Below, in pieces: positions 20,773 through 32,710 of a DNA stretch of 51,864 nt. Each line of letters starts with the position of its first letter. Within the stretch, counting starts at the first letter, position 1. Source of the stretch: Prasinococcaceae sp. CCMP 1430 (Eukaryota; Plantae; Prasinodermophyta); contig RQSC01000028.1 of NCBI GenBank assembly GCA_013416795.1, forward strand, positions 48,442 through 100,305, written 5' to 3'. The notes below the pieces were generated by a model. The model was not told the DNA's origin, searched no databases, and was given only the letters and a program-made list of their open reading frames with translations. Made by a program: the position numbers and the translations under genes.

Positions 20773-22503
20773 ATGCGTTTTGATGGCGGTGGTGGGCGCG
20801 GGCGGGCGCCGAGCGGCGGCTTCGGCGGCCTCGGGGGCGCCACGGAGGGTGCGTGTGCTGAGAGCGCGGCGGCGTCTCAGGTGGCCCGCGCTGGTGGGTG
20901 CATCTCTCCCAGCTTTTTGCGCACGCGTTCGTAGGAGTGGGCGGGTGGATGTGCGCGGGCGCCGCATCGCAGGCGCGCGACCAATGTGAAGCTGACAAGC
21001 CCCCCTGTGTGCGCGTGCACGCACGACGCCTGCGCTCGCGCTCGCGCTCGCGCTCACCCCGTGCGTGCAGGTCGCGTGATATCCGTGGACCGCTCTGGTC
21101 TGCGGCTGCCGCGCGCAGCCGCGCCCGTGTCCGAGGCGCTGCGCGCGCCGCCCGCGGCGCCGATGGCCGCCAAGCTGTGGGCGCTGCGGCGCCAGCGCGG
21201 CCATCCGCTCACACTCGCCGAGTACGTCGAGGCGTGCCTCACCGATGAGGAGCACGGATACTACACCACAAAGGCGCCCGGCGCCGTCTTCGGCGCGACC
21301 GGGAGCTTCGTGACGTCACCAGAGATCTCGCAGATGTTCAGCGAGCTCGTCGGCCTGTGGTGCGCGGCCACATGGGAGGCCATGGGCTCGCCGCGCAGGC
21401 TGCGCCTGGTGGAGATGGGCCCCGGCCGCGGCACGCTCATGGCGGACCTGCTGCGCGGCACGGCGGGCCTGCCGGGCTTCGGCGAGGCGCTCGAGGTGGA
21501 GATGGTGGAGGTGTCGCCGAGCATGCGCGCCGCGCAGCGCGAGGCGCTTGGCGTCGAGAGCGGTGTCGACCGCGCGGGGGGCGCGGGGGAAGTGGACACG
21601 GAAGACGCGAGCGACGGCGGCACGTCACGCTTCGGCCCGCGCGTCACCTGGCGTGGTAGCCTGGCGGCCGTGCCGAGCGGTGACGCCGTGCCGGCGCTCT
21701 TCATCGCGCACGAGCTCTTCGACGCACTGCCCGTGCATCAGTTCCGCCGCACGGAGAAGGGCTGGTGCGAGGTGATGGTGGAGACGGCCGACGCGGACGA
21801 CGAGCACGACACCAAGTTGGTGTTGTCGCCTGGCCCGACGACGGCGGCGGCGACGATCGCTGAGCGGCGGCTCGCGGCGATGGACGCGGCGTCCGCGGCG
21901 GATTTGGACGCGCTCGAGGTTTCCCCGGCCGGCTGGGCGCTCGCCGGCGAGCTCGCACGACGCGTGGCAGACGATGCCGCGCCCGGCGCGGCGCTGATCG
22001 TTGACTACGGCCGCTTCGCACCCTACGGCGCCACGCTGCAGGGCATCCGCGACCATGCGTTCGTAGATGTCATGGAGAGCCCGGGCGATGTCGACTTGAG
22101 CGCGTACGTCGACTTCCAGGCGCTGGCGCAGGCAGCGGCTGAGGCGGCGCCCACTGCGGCCGTGTACGAGGCCGTCGACCAGGCCACCTTCCTGAAAGGG
22201 CTCGGTATCGATGTGCGCACGGAGATGCTCGCAGCGGCCGCGGGTGAGGGCAGCGAAAGCGCCGCTGCGTTGCGCTCGCAGCGCGACCGCCTGACGGCCA
22301 CGGGCGCCGACGGCATGGGCGAGCGCTTCATGGCCATGGCCATCGCGCACGCGGCCATGCCGCCTCCGCCGATGAGCGGCGCGCGCTATGCGCCGTACGA
22401 CGTGCCCGGCGGCGGCGCGGGCGAGGCTGCGCGCGCGGTGGCGCCGGGGGCCGAGGCGCTCGCCAAGGCGAGGGCGTGGGGGAAGATACCCACGTCCCTG
22501 TAA
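20773..22503 (+). CDS. NDUFAF7: NDUFAF7/MidA SAM-dependent arginine methyltransferase; main exon 21071-22503, first exon 20773-20848 tentative
   Basis: HGYY, FVTSPEISQMF, LVEMGPGRGTLMAD, AHELFDALPVHQF, LIVDYG, PGDVDLSAYVDF and GMGERF; ISVDRSGL at the start of the main exon. Confidence 0.9.
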
Positions 22504-22815
22504 ATTTGTAACCCTCTTCTCACTCAAATACCGTATACCTGGTGCTTTGGTTTGGGTACACTGAAGGTCAAAACGAATTGCGCTGTGTCGCCGACCGACG
22601 CGACGGGCTCGTTTCCCGAACGGTCGCGCCGCGCGCGCGCGTTGGTGCGCGCGAGCGAGCGAGCGGGTGCGCCCCCCTCACACGTCCCCCACGCGGCGCG
22701 TCCGCAGGAGGGTGCGGGTGCCGGCGCGGGAGGTCGCAGCACGCAGGGGGCGGGGCGTTGGTAACGGCGCACAGGCACGGGCGCGCGCGCGCGCGGGCGG
22801 GCGCTTCGCGACGCC

Positions 22816-23769
22816 ATGAGCGGGCGGTACAGCTTCTGGTGCCCGGACAATGCGCACGCGCGCCACCTGGCGGGGGTGACGGACTCCGACAAGGACTTCC
22901 TGCGTGAGACGAAGCGCGTCGAGAATCCGCTGGAGCGCATGGCCGCGAAGGCGGCCGCCGCGCCTGCGCGCAAGTGGACGCCGCCAGCTGGATCGGAGCC
23001 AACGCAGCCGTTGATTCCGGCGCGGCCGCCCGATTCGGCGCGTCGTAGGCCAGCAACCGCTCGCGCGCGCTCGTGCGCGTCAGAGCGCGCCGGTGCGGAG
23101 GAAGGAAACGTCGACGACGAGCGCAGCGGTGCGTGCACGCTATGAGCTTTGCATGCACGGCGCGCGTATATGAGGCTGCACGCGCAGCAGCGGCGACTCG
23201 CTGACACACGTGCACGCACGATCGCAGAGCGCAAAGCGTGGAACAACGCATACTCAAACGTTGCTGCCAATGGCAGCGAGGCCGCTGCGCGCCGCGCGCG
23301 GCTGCGCCTTGCGTGGAGTCGCGAGTACGGGGACAGGCTACGCACCGAGGCACGCGAGTGTGGGGAGAAAGGTATGCGCGCGCAGGCCGCCGGCCATTGC
23401 TGGCATGTGCGTGTGATTGTTGCAGCCATCGCGTGCGTCGCATTGGCATTGTTGGCGCGGACCTGCGGCCTGCGCTCACACGCGCTGGTATCGCCACACC
23501 CGCGCTTACTCGCCATCCCGAACGTGCCTGGGATCGTTCTCTCTGTTATTACCGGTCTCGCAGACGCGCGCGCGGGCGACCGGCCGCGCACGCCGCCGTT
23601 GGCGGAGGGGGCAACGGACAGGGCACAGCAGGCTGAGGTACGACTCGGGATGGCCCGCTCTCCGGCGCGTCTGTGTCAATTGCTGGATGTACGCCAGCAC
23701 GCGTGCGTGAGCTCGCCTGCACCCTTGACGCGCATCCGCGCGCGTGATTCCTCTGCGACAAGTCGCTGA
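22816..23769 (+). CDS. Hypothetical multi-exon protein (introns 23129-23227 and 23372-23563)
   Basis: ATG at 22816; GT...GCAG introns join in consistent phase; no family recognised and the 3' structure is uncertain. Confidence 0.45.
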
Positions 23770-25117
23770 CGCCAATCTCGTGCGGACGTGCCCGTGCTCG
23801 GCTTCGCTCGTGCGAACCCGTGCCTGCCCGTTCGAACTCCTGCGCGCAGTGGCCGCGCCAGCTGCAGCCCACGCAGCGGCCGCGCTCGCGCGGGCGCCTG
23901 CACCTCGGGCGCCCGGGAAGCGCGCGCGCCCGCCCCGCGCGCTCCTGGCGCTGAGCCGCCCCCAACTCCCGCGCGCGCTTGAGGACACCCCAGAGCTAGG
24001 AACCTGCTCCCCCTCCCCCCGCCACGCCGGTGCAGTCCCGCGCGCGCCGCTCGCGCGCACCCGACAGAAAAAAAAAAACGGCAATAAAAATCAAAAATCA
24101 AAATCAAAATCTGAAAGCCACGCGCGCGCCGGGGTGCGCGCTGAAGGCTCCCGTGGGTACTTTTGCCATGTTTTTGGGAGGGGATACCTTCGGGGTTTCG
24201 AATGCATTCGTGATGGGCGTTCGCAGCGTTCCGCCGAGGGCAGCGGCGGCGGCCGGCAGAGCTTCTTTTCCATGGCGCGGTATTGTTGATGTAATTAAAA
24301 GTTTTATCGTTTACGTCATTTTGTATGTAATAAATTCTGTGCGCGTGTCGAAATTGCACATTCCGAAAGGTGTTGCCAGCGACGCGGGCGCGCGCGCGGG
24401 GGCTGGGGCAGGGGGCGGGGCGCGCGGTGGCGCGCCACTCCGTGCACGCCACGCAGCCCTCCCCCCCCCCGATCAGGTGCGACGCGCGGGAGGCTGGTGT
24501 TTGGGCGCGCGGGGAACGCGCGCTCGCGCGGGGCGCGGGGCGNNNNNNNNNNNNNNNNNNNNNNNNNNNNNNNNNNNNNNNNNNNNNNNNNNNNNNNNNN
24601 NNNNNNNNNNNNNNNNNNNNNNNNNNNNNNNNNNNNNNNNNNNNNNNNNNNNNNNNNNNNNNNNGGCGGCGGCGGCGGCATGCCGCCGCGCAGCGGCTCG
24701 CTCCGGCGGGCACTGGGGATGGGCGCCTCGCGGCTTGGGTGGCCTCCCGGACGCGCTGCCCCCAGCCGCAGCCGGGTGTGCCGCCGCTGCCTTTGCTGGC
24801 GCGCGGGTGTCCGTCCAAACAGACGCTGCCGTCCTGCCGGTGGCGCGGCTGCGCCCGCCTTGCTCCGGCGGCGGCGGTAGCCGTCGCCCCCGCCGCTGCT
24901 GCCGCCACCGCCGCCGCCGCCGCCACCAGCCGCGCTACGGCGTCAGTGCGTGCCCCCGCCGCCGATCCCGACGGCTTCGTAGCGGCGCTGGAGACTCCTC
25001 GCCGGCCGCGCAGCGCCGCCTCCACCCCGCTTGCCGCACGCGCGCCCGGACGCTCGCTGACGCCAAACAACCCCACCCGCTCGCTGGCGCCTGTCATTCG
25101 CGCCCCGCGCAGCCACC

Positions 25118-26033
25118 ATGCCGAAGGCCGCGCGCATGTACCCGGCGGACGACGTGTCCAAGCCGCTGCGCAAGCCCAACACGCTCAAGCCCACCAAGCT
25201 GCGCGCGTCGATCGCGCCCGGCCAGGTGCTCATCCTGCTCGCGGGCCGCTTCAAGGGCAAGCGCGTCGTCTTCCTCAAGCAGCTTGAGTCGGGCCTGCTG
25301 CTCGTCACCGGCCCCTTCAAGGTCAACGGCGTGCCGCTGCGCCGCGTCAACCAGCGCTACGTGATCGCCACCTCGACCAAGGTCGACGTGGCGGGTGCGG
25401 ACGTGGCGGCCGTGGGCGACGCCTACTTCAAGCGTGAGGCCGCGGCCAAGGGCAAGAAGGGCGAGGACGAGTTCTTCGCGGAGGGTGGCGAGGTGCGTCA
25501 CGAGCCGCACGCGCCTGCCCGCCCGCCGTCGCCCGCGCGCCCGCGCGCGCGTGCGCGCGCGCGCGGGCGGAGGGCGTGCGTGAGGGGGAGCGAGGAGCGC
25601 GCGAGAGCGCCAGCATGCATTCCTTTCGCGCGGGCCTCCATGCCGCGGCGAACAACACCCGAGCATGGCGCAGAGTGACCTAGTACGCGCGGCCCTCTTT
25701 TGCCCCGCCGCCGCCGTCCTTCGTGGGCGTCGGGGTTGTTCTTGGTGTCGTACAGCCCGCACGCTCGCACCCGCGGAGACGCGGAAGCGCACACGCACAC
25801 GCGCGCACGCGCGCCGGACCGCGCGCGCGCCCTCGCCCCCCGCGCTCGCGCGCTGACCCGCCGTCCCGCCGCGCCGCGCCCCGCAGAAGAAGGAGGTCGC
25901 CGCGGCGAAGGTGGAGACGCAGAAGAAGGTGGACGCGGCCATCGCGGGCAAGCTGGACGCCACCATGAAGGGCTACCTGGGCAGCCGCTTCTCGCTCAAG
26001 TCGGGCCAGTACCCGCACGAGATGGTGTTCTAA
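25118..26033 (+). CDS. RPL6: 60S ribosomal protein L6 (eL6); exons 25118-25492 and 25887-26033
   Basis: [61 protein letters not shown] and [14 protein letters not shown]; canonical intron; an acceptor just upstream of the ATG suggests a further 5' intron. Confidence 0.97.
25607..25757 (+). ncRNA. Candidate intronic H/ACA-box snoRNA
   Basis: Two hairpins, an AGAGTGA hinge at 25672-25678 (imperfect H box) and ACA at 25752-25754, inside the RPL6 intron; folded by eye only. Confidence 0.42.
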
Positions 26034-26206
26034 CTCTGCAGAATTGCAAACACACTGTAAGAACGCCCTATTAACAAGAAGCAAAGTCACGCGCGCACGC
26101 GCACGCACACATGCGCAGGCGCTCTCTCTCTCGCGCGCGTGGGGTCCGCGGCGCGCGCGCGGGCGCGCGCGGGCGCTCTCCCCCCTCCTTACACGCGCGC
26201 GAGTGC

Positions 26207-26719
26207 TTACAGGTCGTCCGGCTTGGGCGCCTCGACGACCTCCTCCGCGTCGGCGCCCGCCCCCGCCGGGACCTCTGCGGCCTCGACGACGGCGACGACT
26301 GCGGTGGTGTCGTCGACCTTTCCGCCGGTGATCTTCTTGCCCATGAGCCTGTCGAGCAGGCCGAGCTCGACGCCCGCGTCGATGGCCCCCAGCGAGTACG
26401 GCGAGTCGCGCTCGGTGTCGAGGCTGCGGCGCCGCGCGAGCGAGGTGAGCGCCTCGGCGATGGCGGCCGCCGTCTCGGCGGGCGCGCGGTCGGTGCCCGT
26501 CTCGCCGTACACGAGCCCCTCGATCTCGCGGTCGAAGACGTTGTCGTACACGCCGTCCGACGCCAGCACCACCACGTCGCCCTCCTGCATCTCCGCCTCG
26601 AGCAGCTCAGCGTCCGAGGCGTGGTCGCTGCTCGCGGAGCCGAACTGGTACGGGCAGTCCCAGTAGTGCTGCTGCTGGCGCGACGCGCGAACCACCTGCG
26701 CGCGCGCGCGTGAGTGCGT

Positions 26720-26771
<52 letters not shown>

Positions 26772-27026
26772 GTGTGAGTCACGTGCGCGTGCGAGCGAGG
26801 GTGTGCGTGATCTCGTGTGTGTATCTACGTGCGGCGCCACCTGCGCGTGGCCGCGCGGCGCACCTTGCCGTCCCTGAGGAGCCTCACGCCGCTGTCGCCG
26901 AGGTTGGCCACGCAGAGCGTGCGCCCGCGCGCGAGCGCGAGCACGGCTGTGGCGGCGCCGGGCACGCGCATGCACGCGCCGTGCGCGTGCTCGAGCACGG
27001 CGCGCGCCGCGGCGGTGCCGACGGCG
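26207..27026 (-). CDS. PTC7-type protein phosphatase 2C, 5' part in the gap; intron 26696-26863
   Basis: GAATAV, ANLGDSG, QQHYWDCPYQ, VVLASDGVYDNVF and GGKVDDTT. Confidence 0.9.
26721..26770. repeat. (AC)25 microsatellite in the PP2C intron
   Basis: Perfect dinucleotide run. Confidence 0.95.
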
Positions 27027-28531
27027 NNNNNNNNNNNNNNNNNNNNNNNNNNNNNNNNNNNNNNNNNNNNNNNNNNNNNNNNNNNNNNNNNNNNNNNNNN
27101 NNNNNNNNNNNNNNNNNNNNNNNNNNNNNNNNNNNNNNNNNNNNNNNNNNNNNNNNNNNNNNNNNNNNNNNNNNNNNNNNNNNNNNNNNNNNNNNNNNNN
27201 NNNNNNNNNNNNNNNNNNNNNNNNNNNNNNNNNNNNNNNNNNNNNNNNNNNNNNNNNNNNNNNNNNNNNNNNNNNNNNNNNNNNNNNNNNNNNNNNNNNN
27301 NNNNNNNNNNNNNNNNNNNNNNNNNNNNNNNNNNNNNNNNNNNNNNNNNNNNNNNNNNNNNNNNNNNNNNNNNNNNNNNNNNNNNNNNNNNNNNNNNNNN
27401 NNNNNNNNNNNNNNNNNNNNNNNNNNNNNNNNNNNNNNNNNNNNNNNNNNNNNNNNNNNNNNNNNNNNNNNNNNNNNNNNNNNNNNNNNNNNNNNNNNNN
27501 NNNNNNNNNNNNNNNNNNNNNNNNNNNNNNNNNNNNNNNNNNNNNNNNNNNNNNNNNNNNNNNNNNNNNNNNNNNNNNCAGTGGCGCCCGCACCCGGCCG
27601 CGCGCCCCAGCCTGCCTGGCGCGCGCGCGGGCAATCGCGCGCGTGCGCGTGCACACGCGCGGCACACACTCCATATCACACACGCACACACACACACACA
27701 CACGCACATCACACACACACACACATCACTACGCATCATACGCACAGGCACACACACCAACATGACACGCACACGCACACGCACACGCACACACACACGC
27801 ACACGCACGCACACGCACACGCACACGCACACACGCACCCGCGCGCGCGCGCGCTCCCCAGGCACGCGCGTGCGATCACCCACACCGCGCGCGCCCACGG
27901 CCCAAACCCAAACCTCCCGCATCCAAACCTGATTCAATTTTTCCTCATTCGGCGCAGAATATAAACCCTATGATCGATTTCACCCCATATCGCGGATAAA
28001 ACACGCCGATCTCCGCTGCGATCCGGCGGCGGGCGCGCGACAGCCGTTCGTTCGCTGCCCGCGCGGAGGCAGCGGATTTTGCATCTGGAAGAAAGTCACA
28101 TGTACCCACGGGAGCATTTTTTTAATTTTTTTTAACTGTTTTTCAAGGTTGGGGGGTCGCAGGGAGGTGCAACAGACAGCAGCACACAGACAGACAGACA
28201 GACAGAGAGACAGACGGGAGCGCGCCCGCGGCGCGTGCGGCTCCATCCGATGGCCGGTCACCCGAGCGCCTCGATCGGCGGCCGGACGGGGCGGGACGCC
28301 GATCGCCGATCACCTCGCCTGGCTGGCCGGTCAGCGGAGCGGCGGGGCGAGGTCGATCGAGGTCGCCAACGAATTGAGGTCACAGTTCACGTCACGTGAC
28401 GTGCGAGGCGCGGTGACCGATGGTATCCGCAAGCGAATACGAGGCACAGATGGCCACGGGAGCCTAGATTCGCGCGCGCGCGCGCGGCGCACTCGCGCCG
28501 CGCGCGCGGCACGACGCACAAGCGGCCCCCA

Positions 28532-28533
<2 letters not shown>

Positions 28534-28564
<31 letters not shown>
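28534..28564. repeat. (CT)n microsatellite
   Basis: Perfect dinucleotide run. Confidence 0.95.
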
Positions 28565-28566
<2 letters not shown>

Positions 28567-28648
28567 GTGCGCGCGCGCGCTCGCGCGCGCCGAGGCGCCC
28601 TCTCGACAAAAACAGGCCCGCCGCGTCTTACGTGCGGCGACGCCTCGC

Positions 28649-29216
28649 TCAGGCGCGCCGCTGCCTCTTGGCGGAGCGCGCGGCGGAGCGCGCGATGCCG
28701 CGTTTGCACGGCTCGCACACGAAGGACGTGGGCGGCGCGTCCGACTCGGGCACGCCCTCGCAGCGCGTGTGCACCCACACCTCGCACACCTCGCAGCTGA
28801 CCATGCGCTCGCCGTCGTCGTCGCGGGCGCCGCACACGCAGCGCACGCGCCACGTGGCGCCCGCGCTCGACCAGCCGTCCGTCACCACGGCGGCCGCGCG
28901 CGCCGCCGCATCGCTCGCCCAGCTGCTCGCACCGGCGCCACGCAGCACCACCGTGCCGCACACGCCCAGGCTCTGCAGGCTGAGGCCGTCGCAGTCCGTC
29001 CCCGGCGGCGTTGTGCGCTCCAGGCCGCGCAGCGGCGCGCCGCGCGCAAGCGCGAAGCCGCGCGGCAGCGTGTACATGTCGGCGTACACGCACGACAGCA
29101 ACGCCTTGAGCTCGCCCAGCGTGGCGGCGGGCTCCACCAGCAGGCTCTCGGCGGGAGCCAGGCGGCGAAGGAGCGCCGCCTGGCGCTGCGTCGCGCCGCC
29201 TGCTCCCACACCGCCT

Positions 29217-29247
<31 letters not shown>

Positions 29248-31228
29248 TGCCCGTCACGGCCACGCTGCCGTCGCTGCCCGCGAGGACGTGCGCGAGCGCG
29301 CCTGCGGGCAGATCGGTGATCGCCAGCCCGCCTGCCGCCTCCTCGGCCTCCGCGTCGACCTCCAGCTGGACGGTGCAGCACACGCGCAGCGGCGGGCGCG
29401 GCGGCGGCAATGCCGCCGCGTGGGGCGCCACGACCACCGCGCCGCCGTTGGCTGCGGTGGCTGCCGCGCCGGCGGCCGCCTGCCCGGCGCACGCGGCCTG
29501 CGCCATCACGCCTGCCACGGCGCCGCCGTGAGCGGCGAGCACATCCTCGGCGGCGAACACGCCGCCGCCGTAGTCCTTGACGAACAGCTTGGTATCAAGG
29601 ACGACGCGCGCGTGGCGGTCGACCTCCTCCCCGCGCAGCGCAGCGCGCGCCTTGGCGGCGGCGGCCGCGCCGCCGCCGTCCGCGGCGATGGCGTTCTCCA
29701 GCGGCGAATAGTGCGCGAGCGTTGTGTAGTACACGTACACGATGTCGCGTAGGACCTCGCCGCGCGTGAGCGACCCGACGGGCTTGGCGGCGGCCACCGC
29801 CTCGGCGGCGATCACGGCCGTCGCCTTCGCCTTCGCCTTGGCGCCCCTCGCGGCCTTGGCAGCGCCCTGCGCCGCGGGGGGCTGGCTGGCGGCCATCGCG
29901 GCGACGGCCTCGGCGGTGTCCGCCCGCTCGAGCCTGTACTCCATCATCTTGCTCTTGGGGTTGACGTAGCGCACCACCACGCGCTCGCCGACCGTCGTGC
30001 CGGCAATGGACTTGAGGACGTGGTCGAGAAGGCCCGTGTCGCCGATGCCGCGCGCGCGCGCGCCGTCGCGGCAATCCGACCGTGACACCCGCCGACCGCC
30101 TGCCGCGCGCAGCACGCCCACGAGCGCGTCGCGCGCCTGGCCGAGGCGCTCGTTCGACCACCGGCTGCCCGAGGGCTTCTTGCCGCCGCTGCCGCCGCCG
30201 CCTCCGCTGCCTGGGCCGCTGCTGCTGGACGCAGGCGTGGCGGCGGAGCTCGCGGCGGGCACCTGGCGGACGCGGCGCGGGGCCTCCATCGCGTCTACGG
30301 GGCGCGCGTCGGCCTTGGCGGCTCGCCGCATCGCCATCATCGTCACCAGTAGCTGGCCGAGCGTGCGCGCGCAGCCGCGCACGCCCGCCGGCGCCGCCGG
30401 GCCCTCCTCGCCGGACGCGCCCACCGCGCGCCCGTAGTGTGGCGCGTAGAGGTCGATGATCGCGACGAGCTCCGGGTCGCCCCGCCACGGGGCCGGCTGC
30501 TGCACCTGCTTGCCCTTGCCACCGCCCGCGCCGCCGCACGCCCCCGCCGCGCCGCCCTGTCGGCCGTCGCAGCAGAAGTCCGAACGGATGAGGTCGAGCG
30601 CGACCTTGTGCAGTCCGTCGGCGGCCTTGAGGTAGTCCTTCTTCCTCACGCCGAACGAGCCGCGCCCGAAGCCGTACCCCCAGCGGGCGTACCACGACGT
30701 GCCGTATGCGGCGGTGTGCATGAGCCTCCAGTCGGCGAAGTACTTGGTGCTCACGTCCTTCACGCTCACGCTGCGGCAGCCCAGGCTCGCGCAGAGCGTG
30801 TCCCACAGCTCCATCACGTCGGTGCCGGTGAGCGCGCTGCTGCCGCCGTCCCGGCCGTTGACGCGCAGCAGGTGGCCGAACCCGCTCGAGTGCACCATGC
30901 CGTGCAGCAGGTGGCTCGTCGTCTTCTCGGTGGACAGCGCGTCGCGCGCCACCTTGGCGCTCTGTATGCCGCCGCCCGCGCGCAGCGCCCTGTCGAGCGG
31001 CGACCGAGGCGCGGCGACGATGAAGTGAAAGCGTTCCTGCGAGACGGGATGGTGCGTCCAGCCCATGTACGTGCAGTGGTCACAGTGCACGTTGCCCGTC
31101 TTGAGCACCGCCTCCCGGAACACGAGGACCTCGACGCTACGCGGCGCGGGCGGCGAGCCCTTCCGCGCCCCGCCGCCGCCACCCGCGCTTCGGCCGGCGC
31201 GCGTGGGCGCCGCCGGGGCGTGCTGCGC
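28649..31228 (-). CDS. PHD finger protein of the MALE MEIOCYTE DEATH1 / MALE STERILITY1 family, 5' end in the gap
   Basis: CDHCTYMGWTHHPVS, HLLHGMVHSSGFGHLLRVNG, WYARWGYGFGRGSFG, IGDTGLLDHVLK, VLDTKLFVKDY and C-terminal PHD CVCGARDDDGERMVSCEVCEVWVHTRC...FVCEPC. Confidence 0.9.
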
Positions 31229-31856
31229 NNNNNNNNNNNNNNNNNNNNNNNNNNNNNNNNNNNNNNNNNNNNNNNNNNNNNNNNNNNNNNNNNNNNNNNN
31301 NNNNNNNNNNNNNNNNNNNNNNNNNNNNNNNNNNNNNNNNNNNNNNNNNNNNNNNNNNNNNNNNNNNNNNNNNNNNNNNNNNNNNNNNNNNNNNNNNNNN
31401 NNNNNNNNNNNNNNNNNNNNNNNNNNNNNNNNNNNNNNNNNNNNNNNNNNNNNNNNNNNNNNNNNNNNNNNNNNNNNNNNNNNNNNNNNNNNNNNNNNNN
31501 NNNNNNNNNNNNNNNNNNNNNNNNNNNNNNNNNNNNNNNNNNNNNNNNNNNNNNNNNNNNNNNNNNNNNNNNNNNNNNNNNNNCGCGCCACGCGCGCGCG
31601 GTGTGGCCGCGCGCGCGCGCGCGCGCGCGCTCTTTTGCGCGCGTTTCGTTCCCCGCGCCGAAAACGCCGCCGAAAACGCGCGCCGCCGTTCCCGTTTCGC
31701 TGCCCGAGCCAAAACTTTTTTGTATGTGCGTGCACACACATTAGACGGTTTTGCGTCACGTGCGGCGCATATTTGTGGGTTTTGGGGGGGGTACGAACGG
31801 GGTCGAATTCGGGGCGGTTTCGCCGCGGGCGCGCGTTTCGCGCGCGCGGCCAGGGG

Positions 31857-31881
31857 TAGGGTTAGGGTTAGGGTTAGGGTT
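31857..31881 (+). repeat. Interstitial telomere-like (TTAGGG)n tract in the divergent promoter between the PHD gene and RPSA
   Basis: tagggttagggttagggttagggtt; a further TAGGGTTT telo-box at 31999-32006. Confidence 0.8.
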
Positions 31882-32710
31882 GCGCCGGATTTGCGGTTTC
31901 TCGCGCGCGTTCGGCGGAGGGAGGGTCCGCGAGGCGAGGCGCGGGAGGGGGGGGGTTAAGGTTGGAGTCGCGCCGAATTTGAGGTTTGAGATGTGAGGTA
32001 GGGTTTATAGGTGATGCGGCGAGCGCCGTCGCATCGGCGCGCGGCGATCTAATGCTTTTTGATGGCGATCCTTTTTGATGGCGATGATCGGATGCTTTTT
32101 GACGTGGCTTCGAATGCGCGTCAAAACGCACGCGGCGGCTGGCGGCGGCGGCGGCGGGCCGATCGACACCCCACCCCAGCCCCAGGCGGAACGATTTCGA
32201 AGGACGCTTTCCGCGGCTTTGCGGGAGTTGATGGTACAAATGCAATACAAAATGACCTAAACGGCGGCAATGAGGTAAATTTGGCGCGGCCATTCCGCGC
32301 GTTCCAACCCTAGCCACGCCGCGGCGGGCGGGGAGGAGGGTGTGGGGGAGGGGGAGGGGGGGGAGTGTGCGGCGTGCGCCCCAGCCGCGCCACTCTGTAC
32401 GCGGCTGCCTACTAGTCCTCATCTTGGCTCTTTCCGCGCCGGCGCCTACCCGCTGCTGAGTACCACGTTCGGGGTGCGTGCGCGCGAGCGAGGGCGCGCC
32501 CCGCGCGCGCCCCTCGAGGGCGAGGCGCGGGGGCGCCGAGCGGGCGAGCGGCTGCGTTTAGGGCTGCACCTTCGAGCACCGCCCCTGACTGACCCCTCCC
32601 GCTCCCCCCACCCCCCACCCTCCCACACACACACACACACACATCCGCCCGCCCATCGACGCTGCCGATCGCGCGCAGGAGTCGCAAGTGTCCACCGAAC
32701 TATCGCAGCC

